64,000 bases of DNA from a virus. Its lineage: Duplodnaviria > Caudoviricetes. Numbering within the stretch: position 1 is the first letter of the stretch; each line of letters starts with the position of its first letter. This document shows, piece by piece, positions 15,079 to 24,300 of this stretch. The stretch lies in IMG/VR virus record IMGVR_UViG_3300037307_000058, positions 3,910-67,909 of that record. The stretch is one strand, 5' to 3'. Both the position numbers and the translations under genes were made by a program. The notes below the pieces were generated by a model. That model saw only the letters and a program-made list of their open reading frames with translations, was not told the origin of the DNA and made no database searches.

Positions 15079-15342
15079 GTGCATCCGCGAGTGATCGACA
15101 TGACGCGCCAGCAGATCGGCGCTTGGCGCGTCATCTGGCGTGATACGACGGCCATCACTGGCAACGGCCTCAACACGCAGTGGATATGCCGTTGCCAATG
15201 TGGCACCGTGCGGTCGATTCGAGGCGACATCCTTCGCCAAGCGGCGTCCATGTCGTGTGGGTGCATGGATCGGCTGCAGGCGATGAAGTACGAGAGCAAG
15301 GTGCGCGACGACGAGCAGTACGATTGGGTGTGGAGCGAGTAG
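15079..15342 (+). CDS. Truncated homing-endonuclease-type Cys module (AP2/HNH-associated N-terminal domain)
   Basis: IG.WRVI...WICRCQCG...I....L......SCGC; no catalytic domain follows. Confidence 0.7.
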   Translation: MHPRVIDMTRQQIGAWRVIWRDTTAITGNGLNTQWICRCQCGTVRSIRGDILRQAASMSCGCMDRLQAMKYESKVRDDEQYDWVWSE

Positions 15343-15343
15343 C

Positions 15344-16774
15344 ATGGCGAGCATCAGCTACACACCGCCGCCGACGATCAGGGACTTCATTCGGCATTAC
15401 GAGCAGGGAAAGCTCTTCTTCGATTGGATCATCGGGCCGGTCGGTAGCGGTAAGACGACCGGCATCTTCTTCAAGCTGTGCTACATGGCCAGTTTGCAAG
15501 CCAAGTCTCCGGTGGACGGCAAACGCCGCTCGCGCGCGGTGATCGTTCGCAACACGATGCCGCAGCTTCGCGACACGACACTCTCGTCGTGGAACTACTG
15601 GTTCAAGGATGGGCAGGCGGGCGTCTGGTACGCCACAAGTCCGATGCCGATGACGTTCGTGCTCAAGTTCGGCGACGTCGAGTGCGAGGTGTTGTTCCGC
15701 GCGCTTGACACGGCGGACGACGTTGCACGCGTGCTCTCGTTGGAGGTGACGTTCGCGATCCTCGACGAGTTCGTGCAGATCGACGAGAAGATCGTAGAAG
15801 CGCTCGCTGCTCGCTGCGGACGGTACCCGCCGACCAAAGATGGTGGCGCGACGAATTGGGGCATGTGGGGGTCGTCCAACCCCGGCAACGAGGACGATTG
15901 GTGGTACGACTACCTCTACGAAAAGCGCCCTGCGAATGTCACGTTGTACGAACAACCGTCTGGATTCCTGCCCATAGCAGAGAATCTGGCCAACCTACCG
16001 GGTGGAGCCGAGTATTACACTTCACTCGCGGTGGGAAAAAGCGAGCATTGGGTCAAGCAGTTCATCGAGGTGCAGTGGGGGTACTCGCTGGCCGGTTCGC
16101 CGGTCATTACGACGTTCAACCCCCACATCCATGTCGCGAAAGTGCCGCTGCTGCCGTCTCCCGTGCTCCCGCTCGTGGCGGGGTTCGACCCCGGCTTGAA
16201 GGGAAGCGCGCTGATCTTCGGCCAAATGGACCTGAATGGTCGTTTAACCGTCTTGGATGAGCTTTTTCAACAGAATATGGGGGCAGAACGCATCATTTCT
16301 GACCGTCTGAAGCCCCTTTTGAAGCTCAGATTCGACGGTTATGACTTCGTTATCGCCCCCGATCCGGCGGCGGATTCGAGGTCTTCCAACGACGAAAGGA
16401 CCATCGTAGACACGCTTCGGGACCGCAGAAAGGGGGGTTTTACAGTCAAATTCCCCGATATGAACAACAGATTACCCTTGCGGGTTGAGGCAATCGAGCA
16501 TTTCACGACGCGGCTCACGGCAAACGGCCCCGCGTTGCTCATCGACCCGCGTTGCAAGAATTTGATTCGAGCGTTACAGGGCGGTTGGCGGTACGAGATG
16601 ACCGCAAAGGGGAAGTTGGGCGCAGAACCGGAGAAGAACAGGTACTCTCACCCCGGCGACGCGTTTGGGTACTTGTGCAGGTACTTCCAGCACACCACAG
16701 AGCGAGAAGCGAAGCGCAAGGAGAAGGACGCAGTGCCCTTGCGGCGTCATGTAAACTCGTACGTGCTGCGCTGA
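15344..16774 (+). CDS. terL: Terminase large subunit
   Basis: Walker A GPVGSGKTT, Walker B AILDE, RNase H-like nuclease GFDPG and HPGDAFGY. Confidence 0.95.
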   Translation: MASISYTPPPTIRDFIRHYEQGKLFFDWIIGPVGSGKTTGIFFKLCYMASLQAKSPVDGKRRSRAVIVRNTMPQLRDTTLSSWNYWFKDGQAGVWYATSPMPMTFVLKFGDVECEVLFRALDTADDVARVLSLEVTFAILDEFVQIDEKIVEALAARCGRYPPTKDGGATNWGMWGSSNPGNEDDWWYDYLYEKRPANVTLYEQPSGFLPIAENLANLPGGAEYYTSLAVGKSEHWVKQFIEVQWGYSLAGSPVITTFNPHIHVAKVPLLPSPVLPLVAGFDPGLKGSALIFGQMDLNGRLTVLDELFQQNMGAERIISDRLKPLLKLRFDGYDFVIAPDPAADSRSSNDERTIVDTLRDRRKGGFTVKFPDMNNRLPLRVEAIEHFTTRLTANGPALLIDPRCKNLIRALQGGWRYEMTAKGKLGAEPEKNRYSHPGDAFGYLCRYFQHTTEREAKRKEKDAVPLRRHVNSYVLR

Positions 16775-16784
16775 CCTTACCCCT

Positions 16785-18929
16785 GTGGAGACACCGATGG
16801 ATGAAACGAACCAAACCGCTGAGGGCAGCGCGCCGAAGCTGAATCCTGATGTCATCAAGTCGCTCGGCATGAAGCTCGCGAGCGACTTCGCGGAGTACGA
16901 AGCAGACCGACGCCCCGCAGAGCAGCGGTGGGTGAAGAATCTTCGCCAGTTCCTCGGCAAATACGACGACGAGATCGAGAAGCAGATTCCGGCAAACAGG
17001 TCGCGCGCATACCCGAAGCTCACGCGCATCAAGTGCGTGAGCATGGTGTCGCGGCTGATGAACCTGCTGTTCCCGAGCAGCGACAAGAATTGGAGCATCG
17101 AGGCGTCTCCGGTGCCCAACTTGTCCGAAGCCGATCTGCAGACCGTGCTCGACGAGCTGCAGAACGACCCTGAGCAGGTCATCACCGACGAGATCATCAC
17201 CAACGCCGTTCGCGAGTTCGCGCAGAAGCGTGCGCGTAGCCTCGAAATCGAGATCGAGGACCAACTCACGGAGCTTGGCGGCGCGCGCATGGTCAACTAC
17301 GTCGCGCTGTGCAAGAAAGTGCTGATGTCGGGTGTCATGTACGGCATGGGCGTGCTGAAGGGACCGATGGCGCGTTCGCGCACGCAACGCAGGTGGCAGC
17401 TCGACCCGGCGACGAACAAGGTTGTGCCGATCTCGGAGATCATTCTCGTCCCTCAGTATGAGTTCACCCCGCTGTGGGACTACTATCCGGACATGAGCGC
17501 GAAGTACCTGCACCAGATGGACGGGCAGTTTCAGCGCATCGTGATGTCGCGACAGCAACTACGCAAGCTCGCCGACAACAGCGAGTTCATGGGCGGCCGC
17601 ATTCGCGCGTACTTGAAGGACCACCAGCAGGGCAACTACAAGTCGAAGCAATTCGAGACGGAGATTCGCTCGCTCGGCGTCAACCTGAACCGCCCGCAAG
17701 CCGACGCGCGCAAGTACGAAGTCGTGCTGTGGGACGGCGCGCTCTCGGGGCACTACCTCGCGGGTTGTGGCGTCGAAATCCCCGAAGAGAAGCTGGCTGA
17801 CATGGTGCAGGCCGTCGTGTGGTTCATCGACAACGAGGTGATCCGCGCGAACCTCAACCCGTGGCAGATCGCTGGCGAGGACGAGCCTGTCAACTCCTAC
17901 CACCACTTCATCTTCGAGGAGGACGAGACGATCCTCACGGGGAACGGCTTGCCGCACATCATGCGCGACTCGCAGCTCGCGGTGTCAGCGTCTTCGCGCA
18001 TGCTGCTCGACAACGCAGGCGTCGTGTGCGGCCCCAACGTCGAAGTGAACAGTACGTTGTTGGAGCCGGGGCAGGACGTCACGGACATCTACGCGTACAA
18101 GGTGTGGCGGCGTGATGATGACTCTATGGCGACGCTGAATGTGCCCGCTGTGCGTTCCATCGCGTTCGACAGCCACATCGACGAGCTGCTGAAGGTGACT
18201 GACCTCTTCCGTGGTTACGCTGATGCCGAGACGTTCGTGAACCCAGCTACTGGCGGCGACATGCAGAAGGGGCCGAGCGAGCCGTTCCGCACCGCTGCAG
18301 GTGCGTCGATGCTGCAGGGGCAGGCCGCACTGCCGTTCAAGGATGTCGTGCGTAACTTCGACGTGTTCACCGAGAGCGTCATCGGTTCGCTCGTGCTGTT
18401 CAACAAGCACTTCAACCAGAAGGCGTCTATCAAGGGCGACTTCCAAGTCGTGTCGAAGGGGTCCACGTCGCTCATCGCCAAGGAAGTGCGCGGCATGGGC
18501 ATCGACGAGATGGTGAACTCGCTGCAACCGGAGGAGCGCATCTACTACGATTGGCGCAAGCTCGCGAAGGAACGCGTCGCGGTACGTGATCTCGACCCGG
18601 CGGTTCTTGTTGACGACGCGGAAGCGAAGCGACGTGAGGAAGCGCAGGCGGCGGCAGCGCGGGAGAACAGCGAACGTGTTGCGGAAGCCGCGCGCGCTGA
18701 AGTCCGCAAGACTCTCGCGGAAGCGGTCAAGAACCTCACGCAAGCTGACAAGAACCAAGCGGGCGCGGAAGCGGCGACGTACAACGCGATCCTGCTCGGA
18801 TTGGAGAAGGGTGTCGCCCCCGATGAAGTGGCGGAAGCGCGCATGGGCGGCGGCGTGCCGGAAGGAGTGATGGCGATGAAGGAACTTGAGAGGCCTGCGC
18901 CGAAGCCGCAGGAAGGGGGCAAGAAATGA
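16785..18929 (+). CDS. Portal protein
   Basis: 714 aa helical protein directly after TerL; alternative ATG at 16797. Confidence 0.88.
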   Translation: METPMDETNQTAEGSAPKLNPDVIKSLGMKLASDFAEYEADRRPAEQRWVKNLRQFLGKYDDEIEKQIPANRSRAYPKLTRIKCVSMVSRLMNLLFPSSDKNWSIEASPVPNLSEADLQTVLDELQNDPEQVITDEIITNAVREFAQKRARSLEIEIEDQLTELGGARMVNYVALCKKVLMSGVMYGMGVLKGPMARSRTQRRWQLDPATNKVVPISEIILVPQYEFTPLWDYYPDMSAKYLHQMDGQFQRIVMSRQQLRKLADNSEFMGGRIRAYLKDHQQGNYKSKQFETEIRSLGVNLNRPQADARKYEVVLWDGALSGHYLAGCGVEIPEEKLADMVQAVVWFIDNEVIRANLNPWQIAGEDEPVNSYHHFIFEEDETILTGNGLPHIMRDSQLAVSASSRMLLDNAGVVCGPNVEVNSTLLEPGQDVTDIYAYKVWRRDDDSMATLNVPAVRSIAFDSHIDELLKVTDLFRGYADAETFVNPATGGDMQKGPSEPFRTAAGASMLQGQAALPFKDVVRNFDVFTESVIGSLVLFNKHFNQKASIKGDFQVVSKGSTSLIAKEVRGMGIDEMVNSLQPEERIYYDWRKLAKERVAVRDLDPAVLVDDAEAKRREEAQAAAARENSERVAEAARAEVRKTLAEAVKNLTQADKNQAGAEAATYNAILLGLEKGVAPDEVAEARMGGGVPEGVMAMKELERPAPKPQEGGKK

Positions 18930-19156
18930 GCAGAGATCGTGAAGAGGAGCTGCGCACCATTCTCCGTCAGGCACAACTGGAACCGTTCGGTGTCGCCCTA
19001 CGGGGTTTACTCGACATCGAGTTGGAGCGCGTGAAAACGAACCTGCTCGACGCAGCGCTTGAGCAGGACTTTCGTGCGCTGCAAGGTGAAGGGCGTGCGT
19101 TTCGGAAGATTCTGAAATACCTAACAGCGCCGGTCGCGCACGCGCCGAAGGTTTGA
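18926..19156 (+). CDS. Small conserved head-module protein (76 aa)
   Basis: Between portal and scaffold; 'LQGEGRAFRKIL'. Confidence 0.8.
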   Translation: MSRDREEELRTILRQAQLEPFGVALRGLLDIELERVKTNLLDAALEQDFRALQGEGRAFRKILKYLTAPVAHAPKV

Positions 19157-19181
19157 CATCTCAACCCGATCCATTTATAAG
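19153..19181 (+). promoter_or_regulatory. Near-consensus sigma70 promoter, probably leaderless, for scaffold/capsid
   Basis: TTGACA-17-TATAAG; ATG at 19190; no SD sequence in between. Confidence 0.75.
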
Positions 19182-19189
19182 GCACACTC

Positions 19190-20134
19190 ATGGACCCCAA
19201 CAAGTCCGCACTGACTGATCCGGCTGCTTCGTACGACGAGATGTCGTCTGTGTTCGACTCGCTTCTCGGTTCAACCCCGAAGGATGAGGTAACCGCAGAA
19301 GGCGACGCGCCCGCCGCTACCACCCCCGCCGAAGGTGAAGCGAAGCCCGACGCGGCTACGGCCCCGGCGGGCGGTATCGAAGAGCCGAAGGCGGAAGAGC
19401 CGAAGGCGGAAGAGCCGAAGGCGGAAGAGCCGAAGGCGGAAGAGCCAAAGTCGGAAGAGGACGAGCTGCGCTCGCGCCTCGACAAGCTCGAACAGCGCAC
19501 GTCCGAGAAGGCACCGCCGCCCGAGACGCCGCCCGAAGACGTGCGTCCCGCTACGCGTCAGGAGCCGCCCGAGTCGTACAACGCGGAGGAGAAGACCTTC
19601 CTCGCGGACTACGAAAAGGAGTGGCCCGACGTTTCGCGTGGGGAAGCGTTGAAGCGGCGCGCGGAGTATCAGCGCGTCGTCGAGTATGTGTTCTCCGAGA
19701 TCGCCCGCGTGTACGGTCCGCTGATCGAGCGCGGCGCATCGGCGGCGGACACGGTGGCCGAGACGGCGGCGCTGACGGCGATTCGCAGCGCGCACAACGA
19801 CTACGACGACGCGATGTACGAGTCTGTCGTCGCGTGGGCGAATGATCTCCCCGGCTATCGCAAGAAGGTCGCGCTCGGCGTGATCGAAGAAGGCGAGCCG
19901 CAGGACGTCATCGACCTCATCAGCGAATTCAAGACGGCCAAGGGTCTGAATAAGCCCAAGGTCGTCGCGGGTACTGACGTGCCCGCGAAACCTGCAGTGA
20001 CCGAACTACCGGCAGCGGCCAAGAAAGCGGCTCAGGCTCTCGGTGTGGTCGATTCCAAGCGATCCGCAGTCGCGCCCAACGCGGAAGACCCGAGCGACTT
20101 CGACTCGGCATGGGCTGAGGCTGTCGGCAAGTAA
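19190..20134 (+). CDS. Capsid scaffolding protein
   Basis: Acidic, Pro/Ala-rich, EEPKA repeats; between portal and major capsid. Confidence 0.82.
   Translation: MDPNKSALTDPAASYDEMSSVFDSLLGSTPKDEVTAEGDAPAATTPAEGEAKPDAATAPAGGIEEPKAEEPKAEEPKAEEPKAEEPKSEEDELRSRLDKLEQRTSEKAPPPETPPEDVRPATRQEPPESYNAEEKTFLADYEKEWPDVSRGEALKRRAEYQRVVEYVFSEIARVYGPLIERGASAADTVAETAALTAIRSAHNDYDDAMYESVVAWANDLPGYRKKVALGVIEEGEPQDVIDLISEFKTAKGLNKPKVVAGTDVPAKPAVTELPAAAKKAAQALGVVDSKRSAVAPNAEDPSDFDSAWAEAVGK
19379..19453 (+). repeat. 15-bp tandem repeat x5 (EEPKA) in scaffold
   Basis: GAAGAGCCGAAGGCG x4 plus GAAGAGCCAAAGTCG. Confidence 0.95.
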
Positions 20135-20158
20135 CGACTCAACCATCGAGGACAAAGC

Positions 20159-21196
20159 ATGGCCAACATGATCTCCTACGGCGACATCTCGCCGCGCACC
20201 GCCGCGTACGTCATCAAGGAGCTGCTGACGCGCGCGATGCCGCACATGGTGTTCGAGAAGTTCGGGCAGTCGTACCCCATCCCGACCAACAACACCAAGA
20301 CCGCGAAGTTCCGCCGCTACTTCCTGCAGGGCGCGACCGGCGCAGCCGGTTCCGGCAACCCGGCCAACCCGTTCTACGTCCCGCTGGCGCTCACCCCGCT
20401 GGTCGAAGGCGTGACCCCGGCGGGCAACCGGCTGGCCCATCAGGACTACACGGTCCAGCTCAACCAGTACGGCGATTACGTGACCATCACCGACGTTGTG
20501 ATGGACACGCACGAAGACCCCGTGCTGCGTGAAGCCACCACGATTATGTCGGAGCAGGCGGCTCAGACCATCGAGACGATCCGCTTCAACATCCTGAAGG
20601 CGGGCACGAACGTGCAGTACGCCAACGGTGGCGCGCGCAACGCGGTCAACACGCCGATGTCGCTGGCGCTCCAACGCCAGATCACGACGGGCATCCTGCG
20701 CCAGAACGGCAAGCTCATCACGAGCGTCGTGAAGAGCACCCCCGACTACCGCACCGAGCCGGTGGAAGGCGCGTTCATCGCGCTGTGCCATCCGGACCTC
20801 GAAACCGACATCCGCTCGATGGCCGGGTACATCAACCCGAAGCAGTACGGCACCGTCACGCCGTACGAGAACGAGATCGGTGCGGTCGAGCGCGTGCGCT
20901 ACCTGACCTCGACGATCCTGTCGCCGTGGGCGGACGCGGGTGGTGCCAAGCTGACGATGCGGTCCACTTCCGGCACGAGCGCCGACGTGTACCCGATCCT
21001 GTTCATCGCGCGCGACGCCTACGGCATCGTTCCGCTGAAGGGCAAGGACTCGATCACGCCGATGGTCGTCAACCCGAAGCCTGCTGCTGGCGACCCGCTG
21101 GCGCAGCGCGGCACGGTCGGCTGGAAGGCGTGGCAGTCGGCGGTCATCCTGCAGGACTGCTTCATGGTCCGCGCCGAAGTCGCGGCGACGGCGTAA
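20159..21196 (+). CDS. Major capsid protein, N4-gp56 family
   Basis: YGDISPRTAAY, LTPLVEGVTP, QYGDY..ITD, DPLAQRGTVGWK motifs; strongly biased codon usage. Confidence 0.92.
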   Translation: MANMISYGDISPRTAAYVIKELLTRAMPHMVFEKFGQSYPIPTNNTKTAKFRRYFLQGATGAAGSGNPANPFYVPLALTPLVEGVTPAGNRLAHQDYTVQLNQYGDYVTITDVVMDTHEDPVLREATTIMSEQAAQTIETIRFNILKAGTNVQYANGGARNAVNTPMSLALQRQITTGILRQNGKLITSVVKSTPDYRTEPVEGAFIALCHPDLETDIRSMAGYINPKQYGTVTPYENEIGAVERVRYLTSTILSPWADAGGAKLTMRSTSGTSADVYPILFIARDAYGIVPLKGKDSITPMVVNPKPAAGDPLAQRGTVGWKAWQSAVILQDCFMVRAEVAATA

Positions 21197-21204
21197 CTCT
21201 GACG

Positions 21205-21224
21205 CGGGGGGCTTCGGCCCCCCG
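21205..21224 (+). terminator. GC stem with UUCG loop after capsid gene (no U-tract: weak terminator or stabiliser)
   Basis: CGGGGGGC-TTCG-GCCCCCCG. Confidence 0.65.
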
Positions 21225-21245
21225 TAAACCTGCAAGGAGATACGC

Positions 21246-21632
21246 ATGTTTCTGCTTACGAACAGGGAGATCGAGGCTCGTGCGCTCGACCCCGAAGCCA
21301 AGAAGCTCTACAACGCGCTGACCACCACCGACAACGCCGTCACGGCGTCCACGGGGAGCACGCAGGCCACGGGGTACGTCGTCAAGGCGGCAGTGACTCG
21401 CGTCACCACGGTCGGCACCGTCGGCGATGCGCTGACGCTGCCGAAGGCCGTCTCCGGCGTGTCGCTGGTCGTCATCAACGCGGCTGCGGCGAACTCGATG
21501 GACGTGTTTCCTGCGGTCGGTGACTCCATCAACGCACTCGCAGCCGATGCCGCTCTCGCCGTCGCCGCCAACAAGACTGTGCTGTTCGTCTGCGCGGTCG
21601 GTGGCGTCTGGAACGCGGTCGTCACCGCCTAA
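21246..21632 (+). CDS. Putative capsid decoration/minor head protein
   Basis: Ala/Val/Thr-rich beta protein right after the major capsid gene. Confidence 0.6.
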   Translation: MFLLTNREIEARALDPEAKKLYNALTTTDNAVTASTGSTQATGYVVKAAVTRVTTVGTVGDALTLPKAVSGVSLVVINAAAANSMDVFPAVGDSINALAADAALAVAANKTVLFVCAVGGVWNAVVTA

Positions 21633-21657
21633 CCTCTTCTGACAAGGACACTGCAAC

Positions 21658-22002
21658 ATGGCCCTCACGACTAACACCCAAGCCACTTCCGGTGGCGTCG
21701 TCAACCACAGCACGGGCGTGCTGGTGAACGATGCAGGCGGTGCCGTCACTGCGACGGTTTCGCTCGGCTTCGACCCGCGCGTCTTCCGCATCCACAACGT
21801 CACCGACCGCATCTCGTACGAGTGGTACAGCGGCATGACGAACCCCGGCGCGGTGAAGACCGTCGCTGCGGGCACCCGCACGCTCGAAACGACGGAAGGT
21901 CCGACCATCGGCACCGCCGCTGCGCAGACGCTCGGTCAGGTCTCGCTGCCGACCAGCATCCTGCTCGCGAGCAAGACGTTCGTGTGGGAAGCCATCGCGT
22001 GA
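21658..22002 (+). CDS. Putative capsid decoration/virion protein
   Basis: Thr/Gly-rich 114 aa; AAGGA RBS. Confidence 0.6.
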   Translation: MALTTNTQATSGGVVNHSTGVLVNDAGGAVTATVSLGFDPRVFRIHNVTDRISYEWYSGMTNPGAVKTVAAGTRTLETTEGPTIGTAAAQTLGQVSLPTSILLASKTFVWEAIA

Positions 22003-22012
22003 CACTGACGTA

Positions 22013-22035
22013 GCCGGGGGCGTGCCGCCCCCGGC
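22013..22035 (+). terminator. GC-rich hairpin after head genes
   Basis: GCCGGGGGCG-TGC-CGCCCCCGGC; no U-tract. Confidence 0.5.
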
Positions 22036-22064
22036 GCGAAGGCAACAAGGGGAAGGAGAAGCAC

Positions 22065-22394
22065 ATGACGAGCAACATCGGTGACCTTCTGGCGAGCGAC
22101 GGCAACATCGACGCGCTGCCATCTCGTGCGAAGCCAAGCGATCCTGTGCAGTCGGATCGGGTCAAGATCATTCTCGAAGAGAACGAGAACATTCCGCCGA
22201 CCGGGCAATACATCGGCGTGAATGGCCGCGCGTACATCCTTCGCCCCGGCGAAGAGGCGTTGGTGCCGCGCGAAGTCATCAGCGTTCTCAACGACGCGGT
22301 GCAGGAAGTGCCGCAGATCGACCCGACGACGAAGCAAGTGGTCGGCTACCGCAAGAAGCTTCGGTTCCCGTTTCGGGTGGTCCAATCGGCGTAA
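22065..22394 (+). CDS. Conserved virion-module protein (109 aa)
   Basis: GVNG..Y.LRPGEE..VP.EV..VL.DA pattern; GGAG RBS. Confidence 0.75.
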   Translation: MTSNIGDLLASDGNIDALPSRAKPSDPVQSDRVKIILEENENIPPTGQYIGVNGRAYILRPGEEALVPREVISVLNDAVQEVPQIDPTTKQVVGYRKKLRFPFRVVQSA

Positions 22395-22397
22395 TAC

Positions 22398-23153
22398 ATG
22401 AACCTCGAAGCCCTGCTGGATGAGCTTCGTACGAACATTCTCCGCGATGATTCAGAACTGGCTTCCGGCCCCAACGATTCTCTGTGGTCCGATGAGACGC
22501 TAGTTCGGTACATCAACGAGGCTCAGTCGCGGTGGTGTCGAAAGACCCTCGCGCTGCGGGACGCCAGCACGCCGGAAGTGACACAGGTCACTCTAGCTGC
22601 TGGCGTTTCCACGTACGAGCTGCATCCGTCAATACTCGGCGTCGTGTCGGCGCGGTACGCGGACGACACGGTTGATCTGACTCGGGTCGGGCGGACGGTC
22701 ATCGCCGAGATTCAGGTCTACGATCCTCCGTGGTTCGACCCTGCCACGGTTGGCGCGATCACGCCGGGGCGTCCGCGCGCGTACGCAACAGACGAGTCGC
22801 TGAGCATCGACACCCCCAGCGCGGTGCAGCTCGTCGTGTTCCCGACGCCGACCACAGACGAAGAAGGCACGGTCCTCTATCTGCGCGTCGCGCGGCGTCC
22901 GGTGGACGATTTCACGCTGAACGATCTCAACGCGGTCTGCGAGCTTCCGGAGGAGTACCAGCTAGACATGCTCGAATGGGCGGCGTTCAGGGCGCTGCGC
23001 AACTCCGACATCGACGGGCACAGCGAGATGTCAGTGAGGCACGAGAAGCGCTTCGAGGATGGCATGCTGGAAGTGAAGAAGGATTTGCGTCGCAAGATGC
23101 ACGCACCGATCAAGTTCCGTTTCGGGCAGAACGGATTCGCTTGGGACGATTGA
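22398..23153 (+). CDS. Head-tail adaptor / tail tubular protein A-like
   Basis: L.RYINEAQ...; G.P..Y; FP.P; C-terminal LPEEY...L..WAA.RAL; position after capsid genes. Confidence 0.7.
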   Translation: MNLEALLDELRTNILRDDSELASGPNDSLWSDETLVRYINEAQSRWCRKTLALRDASTPEVTQVTLAAGVSTYELHPSILGVVSARYADDTVDLTRVGRTVIAEIQVYDPPWFDPATVGAITPGRPRAYATDESLSIDTPSAVQLVVFPTPTTDEEGTVLYLRVARRPVDDFTLNDLNAVCELPEEYQLDMLEWAAFRALRNSDIDGHSEMSVRHEKRFEDGMLEVKKDLRRKMHAPIKFRFGQNGFAWDD

Positions 23154-23154
23154 C

Positions 23155-24297
23155 ATGGCCGACTTCTATCCGTACGACCAGCCGCCGCGAAGCGAGTACG
23201 ACAAGATGGGCGGACTCGCGCCCGGTGGCGGCGTGCTCGACGCACTTGCCCGCGCGTACCGCGTGCAGATGCAGCGCAACGCCGTCAACGCGCAAGACCA
23301 GCCGGTGCCGCCTGTGGACACGACGGGCATCCCTGCGCGTACGCAGAACGCGGTCGCTGGCGCGGAAGCCGCGCAGAGCGGCGGCAAGCAGGCTACGACC
23401 ACTCCTGCGACGCCTGCGTTGCCTGACGCGAGCCGTGTCGCGGTTCCGAGCGGGCCGGTCTCTGGTCGCGCGCCCAACGCCAACGTGCCGTACCCTGACT
23501 TCACTCGCGCCGCTCCGCGCGCTTCGTCGTCGCCGGTCAACATCGAAGACCGCATGCCTGATCTGAAGTTTGCGCAAGCTCCGCAGTTTCAGTCGTCGCG
23601 TGATGTGTTCGACCCGAATCTGTTTACGCAGCTTCAGGAGCTGGACTTCAAGATCGGTGAACTGTCGAACTCGAAGGGACTGGCCGATAGCTGGCGGCGT
23701 AGCCAACTCCGCAAGGCGCGTACGCGTCTCGTGGGCGATTCCGCGATGATCGCCAAGGCGCGCACTGCGGCTCGCGACTTGGACATCGCGCAGTTCGGTG
23801 CGCAAGTCAATGCCATGCGCGCGGCGAACGAGATTCCTCTCGCCCAGCTCAGCGACTTCACACAACGCCGTGGGCAGACACTCACCGCGCAAGTGGCGAA
23901 CATGCGCGATGCGACTGAGCGATACGGTATCGACACGCGCGATGCGACCGAGCGGTACGGCGTTGATACGAGATCGACGGACTTGCGGCGTGGGCAGGAC
24001 TTCGAGCTGATGGCGCGCATGCCGCAGGTCGCTCTCGGCGCTGAGCTTGTGAAGCTGCAGCAGTCGGGGGCACCGCTCGATGATGTTGCTGCGACGACGG
24101 AAGCGTTCGGCGCAAGCAACCCGCGTCAGCCCCGCGCAGCAATGACGGACAAGGTGGTGCTGCCGAGTGGTGGCGAGGCGTTCGTCGTCACGCAGCCCGA
24201 TGGGCGCACGCGCGTCATGCTGCCGGAAGAGCTGCTGCGTCTCGGCAAGCTGCCGCGTCAGAACGCGGAAGCGGGTAGGCTGTTTCCGGAGAAGTAA
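23155..24297 (+). CDS. Putative internal virion (ejection) protein
   Basis: 380 aa, Ala/Pro/Gln-rich, no Cys seen, precedes the giant internal protein. Confidence 0.6.
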   Translation: MADFYPYDQPPRSEYDKMGGLAPGGGVLDALARAYRVQMQRNAVNAQDQPVPPVDTTGIPARTQNAVAGAEAAQSGGKQATTTPATPALPDASRVAVPSGPVSGRAPNANVPYPDFTRAAPRASSSPVNIEDRMPDLKFAQAPQFQSSRDVFDPNLFTQLQELDFKIGELSNSKGLADSWRRSQLRKARTRLVGDSAMIAKARTAARDLDIAQFGAQVNAMRAANEIPLAQLSDFTQRRGQTLTAQVANMRDATERYGIDTRDATERYGVDTRSTDLRRGQDFELMARMPQVALGAELVKLQQSGAPLDDVAATTEAFGASNPRQPRAAMTDKVVLPSGGEAFVVTQPDGRTRVMLPEELLRLGKLPRQNAEAGRLFPEK

Positions 24298-24300
24298 CGG

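Noticed and set aside
15900-16700. Slightly more AT-rich stretch inside TerL suggesting an intron or intein
   Set aside because: The reading frame is continuous, the protein length is normal and nuclease motifs are in place; at most a recombined segment
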